Assembly (NCBI RefSeq): GCF_036321535.1
Contig: NC_087446.1
Location: 64,668,001-64,732,000 of the forward strand
DNA: 64,000 bases
Source: Camelus dromedarius
Lineage: Eukaryota
Direction: 5' to 3'
The translations under genes and the position numbers were made by a program. Positions 53,501 through 64,000 of the stretch are shown here, piece after piece. The stretch's first letter is position 1. Every line of letters begins with the position of its first letter. The notes beneath the pieces are model-generated. The model had not been told where the DNA came from. It made no database searches and was given only the letters and a program-made list of their open reading frames with translations.

Positions 53501-56500
53501 GAAACAGTTTCTCCTGCAACCCGTTCCCTTTGTGCTAGATGAACGAACGTCTCTCCACATGCTCAGTTCTGAGAGATAATTGTGTGTGAAAGCCGTCATT
53601 CTCCTAGCTATTTGGGAACACAAAGTTTCTTTTCAGTTGCAAACTCCAATCCATACATATATATGGGTGGGTTCTAGCTCCAACACGGTTTTAATGTGAA
53701 AACTGCAGGAACTTCAAACCGGCACTAGGAAACAAACTGAGAAAATAGAGTAAAAGTTTCCCCTGCTACACTTTCCCTTTGTGCTAGATGAACGAACGTC
53801 TCTCCACATGCTAAGTTCTGAGAGATAAGTGTGTGTGAAAGCCGTCCTTCACCTAGCTTGTTGGGAACACAAAGTTTCTTTTCACTTGCAAACTCCACTC
53901 CATACATATATATGGGGAGGTACTAGCTCCAACTCGGTTTTACAGTGAAAACTTCAGGAACTTCAAACCGGCACTAGGAAACAGACTGAGAAACCAGAGT
54001 AAAAGTTTCTCCTGCAACCCGTTTCTTTGTGCTAGATGAACGAACTTCTCTCCACATGCTCAGTTCTGATAGATTAGTGTGTGTGAAAGCCGTCCTTCAC
54101 CTAGCTTGTTGGGAAAACAAAGATTCTTTTCACTTGCAAACTCCACTCCATATATATATATGGGGAGGTACTAGCTCCAACACGGTTTTACAGTGAAATC
54201 TGCAGGAAGTTCAAACAGGCACTAGGAAACAAACAGAAAATCCGGAGTAATTGTTTCTCCTGCTACCCGTTCCATTTGTGCTAGATGAATGAACGTCTCT
54301 CCACATGCTCAGTTCTGAGAGATAAGTGTGTGTGAAAGCCGTCCTTCTCCTAGCTTTTTGGGAACACAAAGTTTCTTTTCATTTGCAAACTCCACTCCAT
54401 ACATATATATGGGGAGTTAAAAGCTTCAACTCGTTGTTACATGAAAACTGCAGGAACTTCAAACAGGCACTTGGAAACAGACTGAGAATCCAGAGTAATA
54501 TTTTCTCGTGCATCCCGTTCCCTTTGTGCTAGATGAATGAACGTCTCTCCACATGCTCAGTTCTGAGAGATAAGTGTGCGTGAAAGCCGTCCTTCACCAA
54601 GCTTGTTGGGAACACAAAGATTCTTTTCAGTTGCAAACTCCACTCCATACATATATATGGGGAGGTACTTGCTCCATCTCTGTTTTACAGTGAAAACTGC
54701 AGGAAATTCAAACCGGCACTAGGAAACAGACTGAGAAATCAGAGTAAAAGTTTCTCCTGCGACCCGTTCCTTTGTGCTAGTTGAACGAACGTCTATCCAC
54801 ATGCTCAGTTCTGAGAAATAAGTGTGTGTGAAAGACGTCCTTCACCAAGCTTGTTGGGAACACAAAGTTTCTTTTCAGTTGGAAACTCCACTCCATACAT
54901 ATATAAGGGAAGGTACTAGCTCCAACTCGGTTTTACAGTGAAAAATGCAGGAACTTCATACCGGCACTAAGAAACAGACTGAGAAACCAGAGTACAAGTT
55001 TTTTCTGCAACATATTCCCTTTGTGCTAGATGAACGAAAGTCTCTCCAAATGCTCAGTTCTGAGAGATATGTGTGTGTTAAAGCCGAACTTCACCTATCT
55101 TTTTGGGAACACAAAGTTTCTTTTCAGTTGCAACCTCCAATCCATAAAAATATATGGGGAGGTACTAGTTCCAACTCAGTTTTACAGTGAAAAATGCAGG
55201 AAATTCAAATCGGCACTAGGAAACAGACTGAGAACCAGAGAAACAGTTTCTCCAGCAACCCGTTCCCTTTGTGCTAGATGAACGAACGTCTCTCCACATG
55301 CTCAGTTCTGAGAGATAATTGTGTGTGAAAGCCGTCTTTCTCCAAGCTTTTTGGGAACACAAAGTTTCTTTTCAGTTGCAAACTCCAATCCATACATATA
55401 TATGGGTGGGTTCTAGCTCCAACACGGTTTTAATGTGAAAACTGCAGGAACTTCAAACCGGCACTAGGAAACAAACTGAGAAAATAGAGTAAAAGTTTCC
55501 CCTGCAACACTTTCCCTTTGTGCTAGATGAACGAACGTCTCTCCACATGCTAAGTTCTGGAGATAAGTGTGTGTGAAAGCCGTCCTTCACCTAGCTTGTT
55601 GGGAAAACAAATATTCTTTTCACTTGCAAACTCCACTCCATAAATATATATGGGGAGGTACTAGCTCCAACACGGTTTTACAGTGAAATCTGCAGGAAGT
55701 TCAAACAGGCACTAGGAAACACACAGAAAATCCGGAGTAATTGTTTCTCCTGCTACCCGTTCCCTTTGTGCTAGATGAATGAACGTCTCTCCACATGCTC
55801 AGTTCTGAGAGATAAGTGTGTGTGAAAGCCGTCCTTCTCCTAGCTTGTTTAAAACACAAAGTTTCTTTTCATTTGCAAACTCCACTCCATACATATATAT
55901 GGGGAGTTAATAGCTTCAACTCGTTGTTACATGAAAACTGCAGGAACTTCAAACTGGCACTTGGAAACAGACTGAGAATCCAGAGTAATATTTTCTCGTG
56001 CATCCCGTTCCCTTTGTGCTAGATGAATGAACGTCTCTCCACATGCTCAGTTCTGAGAGTTATGTGTGCGTGAAAGCCGTCCTTCACCAAGCTTGTTGGG
56101 AACACAAAGATTCTTTTCAGTTGCAAACTCCACTCCATACATATATATGGGGAGGTACTAGCTCCATCTCTGTTTTACAGTGAAAACTGCAGGAAATTCA
56201 AACCGGCACTAGGAAACAGACTGAGAAACCAGAGTAAAAGTTTCTCCTGCGACCCGTTCCTTTGTGCTAGTTGAACGAACGTCTCTCCACATGCTCAGTT
56301 CTGAGAAATAAGTGTGTGTGAAAGACGTCCTTCACCAAGCTTGTTGGGAACACAAAGTTTCTTTTCAGTTGCAAACTCCACTCCATACATATATATGGGG
56401 AGGTACTAGCTCCAACTCGGTTTTACAGTGAAAAATGCAGGAACTTCATACCGGCACTAAGAAACAGACTGAGAAACCAGAGTACAAGTTTTTTCTGCAA

Positions 56501-59500
56501 CATATTCCCTTTGTGCTAGATGAACGAACGTCTCTCCAAATGCTCAGTTCTGAGAGATATGTGTGTGTGAAAGCCGAACTTCACCTATCTTTTTGGGAAC
56601 ACAAAGTATCTTTTCAGCTGCAACCTCCAATCCATAAATATATATGGGGAGGTACTAGCTCCAACTCAGTTTTACAGTGAAAACTGCAGGAACTTCAAAC
56701 CGGCACTAGGAAACAGACTGAGAAACCAGAGTAAAAGTTTCTCCTGCAACCCGTTCCCATTTTGCCAGATGAACGAACGTCTCTCCAAATGCTCAGTTCT
56801 GAGAGATAATTGTGTGTGAATGCCGTACTTCACCAAGCTTTTTGGGAACACAAAGTTTCTTTTCACTTGCAATCTCCACTAAATAAGTATATATGGGGAG
56901 GTTCTAGCTCCAACTCGGTTTTACAGTGAAAACTGCAGGAAATTCAAACCGGCACTAGGAAACAGACTGAGAAACCAGAGTAAAAGTTTCTCCCGCAAAC
57001 CGTTCCATTTGTGCTAGATGAACGAACGTCTCTCCACATGCTCAGTTCTGAGAGATAAGTGTGTGTGAAAGCCGTCCTTCACCTAGCTTTTTGGGAACAC
57101 AAAGTTTCTTTTCAGTTGCAAACTCCAGTCCATACATATATAATGGGAGGTACTAGCTCCAACTCGGTTTTACAGTGAAAACTGCAGGAACTTCAATCCG
57201 GCAGTAGGAAACAGACTGAGAAACCAGAGTAAAACTTTCTCCTGCAACCCGTTCCCTTTGTGCTAGATGAACGAACGTCTCTCCACATGCTCATTTCTGA
57301 GATATAAATGTGTGTGAAAGCCTTCCTTCACCTAGCTTGTTGGGAACCCAAAGTTTCTTTTCAGTTGCAAACTCCTCTCCATAAATATATATCTGGAGGG
57401 ACTAGCTCAAACCCGGTTTTACAGTGAAAACTGCAGGAACTTCAAACCGGCTCTAGGAAACAGAATGACAAAAAAGAGTAAAAGTTTCTCCTGCAATCCG
57501 TTCTTTTTGTGCTAATTGAACAAACGTCTCTCCGCATGCTCAGTTCTGAGAGGTAAGTGTGTGTGAAAGCCGTCCTTCACCTATCTTGTTGGGAACACAA
57601 AGTTTCTTTTCACTTGCAAAATCCACTCCATACATATATATGGAGAGGTACTAGCTCCAAATCTGTGTTACAGTGAAAACTGCAGGAACTTTAAAGCGGC
57701 ACTAGGAAACAGACTGAGAAACCAGATTAAAAGTTTCTCCTGCAACCCATTCCCTTTTTGCTAGATGAACGAACGTCTCACCACATGCTAATTTCTGAGA
57801 GATAAGTGTGTTTGAAAGCCGTCCTTCATCTAGCTTGTAGGAACAATAAGTTTCTTTTCAGTTGCAAACTCCACTCCATACATTTATATGGGGAGGTTCT
57901 AGCTCCAACTCGGTTTTACAGTGAAAACTGCAGGAACATCAAAACGGCACTAGGAAACAGACTTAGAAACCAGATTAAAAGTTTCTCCTGCAACCCATTC
58001 CCTTTTTGCTAGATGAACGAACGTCTCTCCACATGCTCATTTCTGAGAGATAAGTGTGTTTGAAAGCCGTCCTTCATCTAGCTTGTAGGAACACAAAGTT
58101 TCTTTTCAGTTGCAAACTCCACTCCATATATATATATGGGGAGGTACTAGCTCCAACTCGGTTTTACAGTGAAAACTGCAGGAACTTCAAACCGGCACTA
58201 GGAAACAGACTGAGAAACCAGAGTAAAAGTTTCCCATGCAACCAGTTCCCTTTGTGCTAGATGAACGAACGTCTCTCCTCATGCTAAATTCTGAGAAATA
58301 ATTGTGTGTGAAAGCCGTCCTTCACTTCGCTCGTTGGGAACACAAAGTTTCTTTTCATTAGGAAACACCATTCCATACATATATATTGGGAGGTACAAGC
58401 TCCAACTACGTTTTACAGTGAAAATTACAGGAACTTCAAAACGGCACTAGGAAACAGACTGAGAATCCAGAGTAAAAGTTTCCCCTGCAACCCGTTACAT
58501 TAGTGCTAGATGAACGAACGTCTCTCCTCATGCTCAATACTGAGATATAAGTGTGTGTGAAACCCGTACTTCACCTTGTTTGTTGGGAACACAAAGTTTC
58601 TATTCACTTGCAAACTCCACTCCATACATATATATGGGGATGTTCTAGCTCCAAATCGGTTTTACAGTGAAAAATGCAAGAAATTCAAACCGGCACTAGG
58701 AAACAGAATGAGAAACCAGAGTAAAATTTTCTCCTGCATCCCGTTTCCTTTGTGCTAGATGAACGAACGTCTCTCCACATGCTCAGTTCTGAGAGATAAG
58801 TGTGTGTGAAAGCCGTCCTTCACCTAGCTTGTTGGAAACACAAAGTTCCTTTTCACTTGCAAACTCCACTCCATACATATATATGGGGAGGTACAAGCTC
58901 CAACTCGATTTTACAGTGAAAACTGCAGGAACTTTAATCCTGCAGTAGGAAACAGACTGAGAAACCAGAGTAAAATTTTCTCCTGCATCCCGTTTCCTTT
59001 GTGCTAGATGAACGAACGTCTCTCCACATGCTCAGTTCTGAGAGTTAAATGTGTGTGAACGCCGTCCTTCACCTAGCTTGTTGGGAACACAAGTTTCTTT
59101 TCACTTGCAAACTCCAATCCATATATATATAAGGGGAGGTACAAGCTCCAACTCGGATTTACAGTGAAAATTGCAGGAACTTCAAAACGGCACTAGGAAA
59201 CAGACTGAGAATCCAGAGTAAAAGTTTCCCCTTCAACCCGTTCCCTTTGTGCTAGATGAACGAACGTCTCTCCTCATGCTCAATTCTGAGAGATAAGTGT
59301 GTGTGAAAGCCATCCTTCACCTAGCTTGTTGGGAACACAAAGTTTCTTTTCAGTTGCAAACTCCGCTCCATACATATATTTGGGGAGGTACTTGCTCCAA
59401 CTGGGTATTACAGTGAAAACTGCAGGAACTTCAAACCGGCACTAGGAAACAGACTGAGAAAACAGAGTAAAAGATTCTCCTGCAACCCGTTCCCTTCTTG

Positions 59501-62500
59501 CTAGATGAACGAACGTCTCTCCACATGCTCAGTTCAGAGATAAGTGTGTGTGAAAGCCGTCATTCACATAGCTTGTTGGGAACACAAAATTAGTTTTCAG
59601 TTGGAATCTCCATTCCATGCATATATATGGGGAGGTACTATCTCCAACTCGGTTTTACAGTGAAAACTGCAGGTCCTTCAAAGCGGCACTAGGAAACAGA
59701 CTGATTATCCAGAGTAAAAGTTTCTCTTGCAAACCGTTCCTTTGTGCTAGATGAACGAAAGTCTCTCCACATGATCAGCTCTGAGAGATAAGTGTGTGTG
59801 AAAGCCGTCTTTCATCGAGCTTGTTGGGAACACAAAGTTTCTTTCCACTTGCAAACTCCACTCCATACATATATATGGGGAGGTACAAGCTCCAAATCGG
59901 TTTTACAGTGAGAACTGCAGGAACTTTAATCCTGCAGTAGGAAACAGACTGAGAAACAAGAGTAAAAATTTCTCCTGCATCCCGTTCCCTTTGTGCTAAA
60001 TGAACGAACGTCTCTCCACATGCTCAGTTCTGAGAGATAAATGAGTGTGAACGCCGTCCTTCACCTAGCTTGTTGGGAACACAAGTTTCTTTTCACTTGC
60101 AAACTCCATTCCATATATATATAAGGGTAGGTACAAGCTCCAACTCGGATTTACAGTGAAAATTGCAGGAACTTCAAAACGGCACTAGGAAACAGACTGA
60201 GAATCCAGTGTAAAAGTTTCTCCTGTAACCCTTTGTGCTAGATGAACGAACGTCTCTCCTCATGCTCAATTCTGAGAGATAAGTGTGTTTGAAAGCAGTC
60301 CTTAATCTTGCTTGTAGGAACACAAAGTTACTTTTCAGTTTCAAACTCCATTCCATACATATATATGGGGAGGTACTAGCTCCAACTCGGTTTTACAGTG
60401 AAAACTGCAGGCACTTCAAAACGGCACTAGGAAACAGACTGAGAAACCAGTGAAAAAGTTTCCCCTGCAAACCGTTCCCTTTGTGCTAGATGAACGAACG
60501 TCTCTCCACATGCTCAGTTCTGAGAGATAAGTGTGTGTGAATGCTGTCTTTCACCTAGCTTGTTGGGAACACAAAGTTTCTTTTCAGTTGCAAACTCCAC
60601 TCGATACATATATATGGGGTGGTACAAGCTCCAACTCGGTTTTACACTGAAATCTGCAGGAACTTCAAACCGGCACTTTGAAACAGACTGAGAAACCAGA
60701 GTAATAATTTCTCCTACACCCCGTTCCCTTTGTGCTAGATGAACGAACGTCTCTCCACATGCTCAGTTCTGAGAGATAAGTGTGTGTGAAAGCCGTCCTT
60801 TACCTAGCTTGTTTAGAACACAAAGTTTCTTTTCATTTGCAAACTCCACACCATACATATTTATGGGGAGGTACTAGCTCCAACTCGGTTTTACAGGGAA
60901 AACTGCAGGAATTTCAAACCGGCACTAGTAAACAGACTGAGAAACCAGAGTAAAAGTTTCTCCTGCAACCATTTCCCTTTGTGCTAGATTAACGAACGTC
61001 TCTCCACATTCTCAGATGTGAGAGATATGTGTGTGTGAAAGCCGTCCTTCAACTATCTTGTTGGGAACATAGTTTCTTTTCACTTGCAAACTCCACTCCA
61101 TACATATATATGGGGAGGTACAAGCTCCAACTCGGTTTTACAGTGAAAACTTCAGGAAATTCAAACCGGTACTAGGAAACAGACTGAGAAACCAGAGTAA
61201 CAGTTTCTCCTGCAACCCGTTCCCATTGTGCTAGATGAACGAACGTCTCTCCACATGCTCAGTTCTGAGAGATAAGTGTGTGTGAAAGCCGTCATTCTCC
61301 TAGCTTTTTGGGAACACAAAGTTTCTTTTCAGTTGCAGAGTCCCCTCCCTACATATATATGGGTGGGTACTAGCACCAACTCCGTTTTAATGTGAATACT
61401 GCAGGAACTTCAAACCGGCACTAGGAAACAGACAGAGAAAATAGAGTAAAAGTTCCGCTGCAACCATTTCCCTTTGTGCTAGATGAACGAACGTCTCTCC
61501 ACATGCTCAGTTCTGAGAGATAAGTTTGTGTGAATGCCGTCCTTCACCTAGCTTGTTTAGAACACAAAGTTTCTTTTCATTTGCAAACTCCACACCATAC
61601 ATATTTATGGGGAGTTTCTAGCTCCAACTCGGTTTTACAGTGAAAACTGCAGGAACTTCAATCCGGCACTAGGAAACAGACTGAGATACCAGAGTAAAAG
61701 TTTTTTCTGCAACATATTCCCTTTGTGCTAGATGAACGAACGTCTCTCCAAATGCTCAGTTCTGAGAGATATGTGTGTGTGAAAGCCGAACTTCACCTAG
61801 CTTTTTGGGAACATAAAGTTTCTTTTCAGTTGCAACCTCCAATCCATAAAAATATATGGGGAGGTAGTAGCTCCAACTCAGTTTTACAGTGAAAAATGCA
61901 GGAAATTCATACCGGCACTAGGAAACAGACTGAGAATCCAGAGAAACAGTTTCTCCTGCAACCCGTTCCCTTTGTGCTAGATGAACGAACGTCTCTCCAC
62001 ATGCTCAGTTCTGAGAGATAATTGTGTGTGAAAGCCGTCATTCTCCTAGCTATTTGGGAACACAAAGTTTCTTTTCAGTTGCAAACTCCAATCCATACAT
62101 ATATATGGGTGGGTTCTAGCTCCAACACGGTTTTAATGTGAAAACTGCAGGAACTTCAAACCGGCACTAGGAAACAAACTGAGAAAATAGAGTAAAAGTT
62201 TCCCCTGCTACACTTTCCCTTTGTGCTAGATGAACGAACGTCTCTCCACATGCTAAGTTCTGAGAGATAAGTGTGTGTGAAAGCCGTCCTTCACCTAGCT
62301 TGTTGGGAACACAAAGTTTCTTTTCACTTGCAAACTCCACTCCATACATATATATGGGGAGGTACTAGCTCCAACTCGGTTTTACAGTGAAAACTTCAGG
62401 AACTTCAAACCGGCACTAGGAAACAGACTGAGAAACCAGAGTAAAAGTTTCTCCTGCAACCCGTTTCTTTGTGCTAGATGAACGAACTTCTCTCCACATG

Positions 62501-64000
62501 CTCAGTTCTGATAGATTAGTGTGTGTGAAAGCCGTCCTTCACCTAGCTTGTTGGGAAAACAAAGATTCTTTTCACTTGCAAACTCCACTCCATATATATA
62601 TATGGGGAGGTACTAGCTCCAACACGGTTTTACAGTGAAATCTGCAGGAAGTTCAAACAGGCACTAGGAAACACACAGAAAATCCGGAGTAATTGTTTCT
62701 CCTGCTACCCGTTCCATTTGTGCTAGATGAATGAACGTCTCTCCACATGCTCAGTTCTGAGAGATAAGTGTGTGTGAAAGCCGTCCTTCTCCTAGCTTTT
62801 TGGGAACACAAAGTTTCTTTTCATTTGCAAACTCCACTCCATACATATATATGGGGAGTTAAAAGCTTCAACTCGTTGTTACATGAAAACTGCAGGAACT
62901 TCAAACTGGCACTTGGAAACAGACTGAGAATCCAGAGTAATATTTTCTCGTGCATCCCGTTCCCTTTGTGCTAGATGAATGAACGTCTCTCCACATGCTC
63001 AGTTCTGAGAGATAAGTGTGTGTGAAAGCCGTCCTTCACCAAGCTTGTTGGGAACACAAAGATTCTTTTCAGTTGCAAACTCCACTCCATACATATATAT
63101 GGGGAGGTACTTGCTCCATCTCTGTTTTACAGTGAAAACTGCAGGAAATTCAAACCGGCACTAGGAAACAGACTGAGAAACCAGAGTAAAAGTTTCTCCT
63201 GCGACCCGTTCCTTTGTGCTAGTTGAACGAACGTCTATCCACATGCTCAGTTCTGAGAAATAAGTGTGTGTGAAAGACGTCCTTCACCAAGCTTGTTTGG
63301 AACACAAAGTTTCTTTTCAGTTGGAAACTCCACTCCATACATATATAAGGGAAGGTACTAGCTCCAACTCGGTTTTACAGTGAAAAATGCAGGAACTTCA
63401 TACCGGCACTAAGAAACAGACTGAGAAACCAGAGTACAAGTTTTTTCTGCAACATATTCCCTTTGTGCTAGATGAACGAACGTCTCTCCAAATGCTCAGT
63501 TCTGAGAGATATGTGTGTGTGAAAGCCGAACTTCACCTATCTTTCTGGGAACACAAAGTTTCTTTTCAGTTGCAACCACCAATCCATAAAAATATATGGG
63601 GAGGTACTAGTTCCAACTCAGTTTTACAGTGAAAAATGCAGGAAATTCAAACCGGCACTAGGAAACAGACTGAGAACCAGAGAAACAGTTTCTCCAGCAA
63701 CCCGTTCCCTTTGTGCTAGATGAACGAACGTCTCTCCACATGCTCAGTTCTGAGAGATAATTGTGTGTGAAAGCCGTCATTCTCCAAGCTTTTTGGGAAC
63801 ACAAAGTTTCTTTTCAGTTGCAAACTCCAATCCATACATATATATGGGTGGGTTCTAGCTCCAACACGGTTTTAATGTGAAAACTGCAGGAACTTCAAAC
63901 CGGCACTAGGAAACAAACTGAGAAAATAGAGTAAAAGTTTCCCCTGCAACACTTTCCCTTTGTGCTAGATGAACGAACGTCTCTCCACATGCTAAGTTCT
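44565..64000. repeat. Three related large blocks (~44565-51270, ~51274-58100, ~60750-end) forming a variable-length HOR
   Basis: GAGGGATAATTGAGTG at 44626 and 51335 (offset 6709, 27 monomers). ORF offsets between blocks 1 and 2 run 6709, 6957, 7454, 7207. Offsets between blocks 2 and 3 are 8441-8442 (34 monomers; 53725/62167, 54326/62768, 54945/63387). Confidence 0.9.
58200..60740. repeat. Pocket of ~10 more diverged, mostly single-copy monomers with an internal 4-monomer periodicity
   Basis: Many private substitutions. ACTTTAATCCTGCAGTAGG at 58931 and 59923 (offset 992). The 1-bp deletion AACACAAGTTTC recurs at the same offset. A 6-bp deletion occurs at ~60231. Confidence 0.7.

Larger units (their letters stand above)
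1..64000. repeat. Tandem satellite DNA array, ~249-bp monomer, ~257 copies, one orientation, running off both ends of the window
   Basis: TTGACAACTCC at 1 recurs at 250. Motifs such as GCTAGATGAACGAACGTCTCTCCACATGCTCAGTTCTGAGAG and CTGCAGGAACTTCAAACCGGCACTAGGAAACAG recur every ~248-249 bp to the end. Offsets between matching ORF translations are integer multiples of ~248.3 (e.g. 248, 1241, 1983, 3978, 6709, 8442). Confidence 0.99.

Noticed and set aside
287..63632. About 80 short ORFs (60-120 aa) on both strands
   Set aside because: All are translations of the satellite monomer in various frames, opening and closing with random point variants. They show no frame preference and no recognisable domain. 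I used them only as markers of repeat offsets.
1..64000. CRISPR-like or other repeat-spacer array, or a prokaryotic system
   Set aside because: There are no unique spacers, since the entire period is homologous between units, and there are no associated genes.
1..64000. Primate alpha satellite or another named satellite family
   Set aside because: The period is 249 bp, not ~171 or ~340 bp, and only short words are shared. I cannot assign a family or species without a Dfam/Repbase/BLAST search.
1..64000. Intact canonical CENP-B box
   Set aside because: I saw no CCCG-N7-CGAA spacing. The spacing is 20 nt, or 19 in 1-bp deletion variants. This was not exhaustively scanned.
1..64000. Tandem RNA gene cluster (5S rRNA, tRNA, snRNA)
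   Set aside because: I recognise no 5S, tRNA or snRNA sequence or Pol III boxes, and variation is spread across the whole unit rather than confined to a spacer.
1..64000. Transposon insertion, inversion or telomeric repeats
   Set aside because: I saw no non-satellite stretch, reverse-complement monomer or TTAGGG-type array.

Overview
The whole 64 kb window is one uninterrupted, single-orientation, head-to-tail eukaryotic satellite DNA array of about 257 monomers. My eye-derived consensus is 249 bp: TTGCAAACTCCACTCCATACATATATATGGGGAGGTACTAGCTCCAACTCGGTTTTACAGTGAAAACTGCAGGAACTTCAAACCGGCACTAGGAAACAGACTGAGAAACCAGAGTAAAAGTTTCTCCTGCAACCCGTTCCCTTTGTGCTAGATGAACGAACGTCTCTCCACATGCTCAGTTCTGAGAGATAAGTGTGTGTGAAAGCCGTCCTTCACCTAGCTTGTTGGGAACACAAAGTTTCTTTTCAG. 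The mean period is about 248.1-248.7 bp because of small fixed deletions. I see no genes, RNA genes, transposon insertions or inversions, and all listed ORFs are chance read-throughs of the repeat. The array has no single fixed higher-order repeat (HOR). It is a patchwork of nested, in-register duplications and deletions of whole monomers (offsets of 1, 2, 4, 5, 8, 16, 17-19, 23-30 and 34 monomers), split into sequence domains with a sharp subfamily boundary near 13.9 kb. The most unusual feature is that each monomer carries the two halves of a CENP-B-box-like motif separated by 13 extra bases, plus five short dyad symmetries. Centromeric or pericentromeric origin is an inference, and I cannot identify the species. 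Block boundaries were read by eye and are approximate unless stated otherwise.
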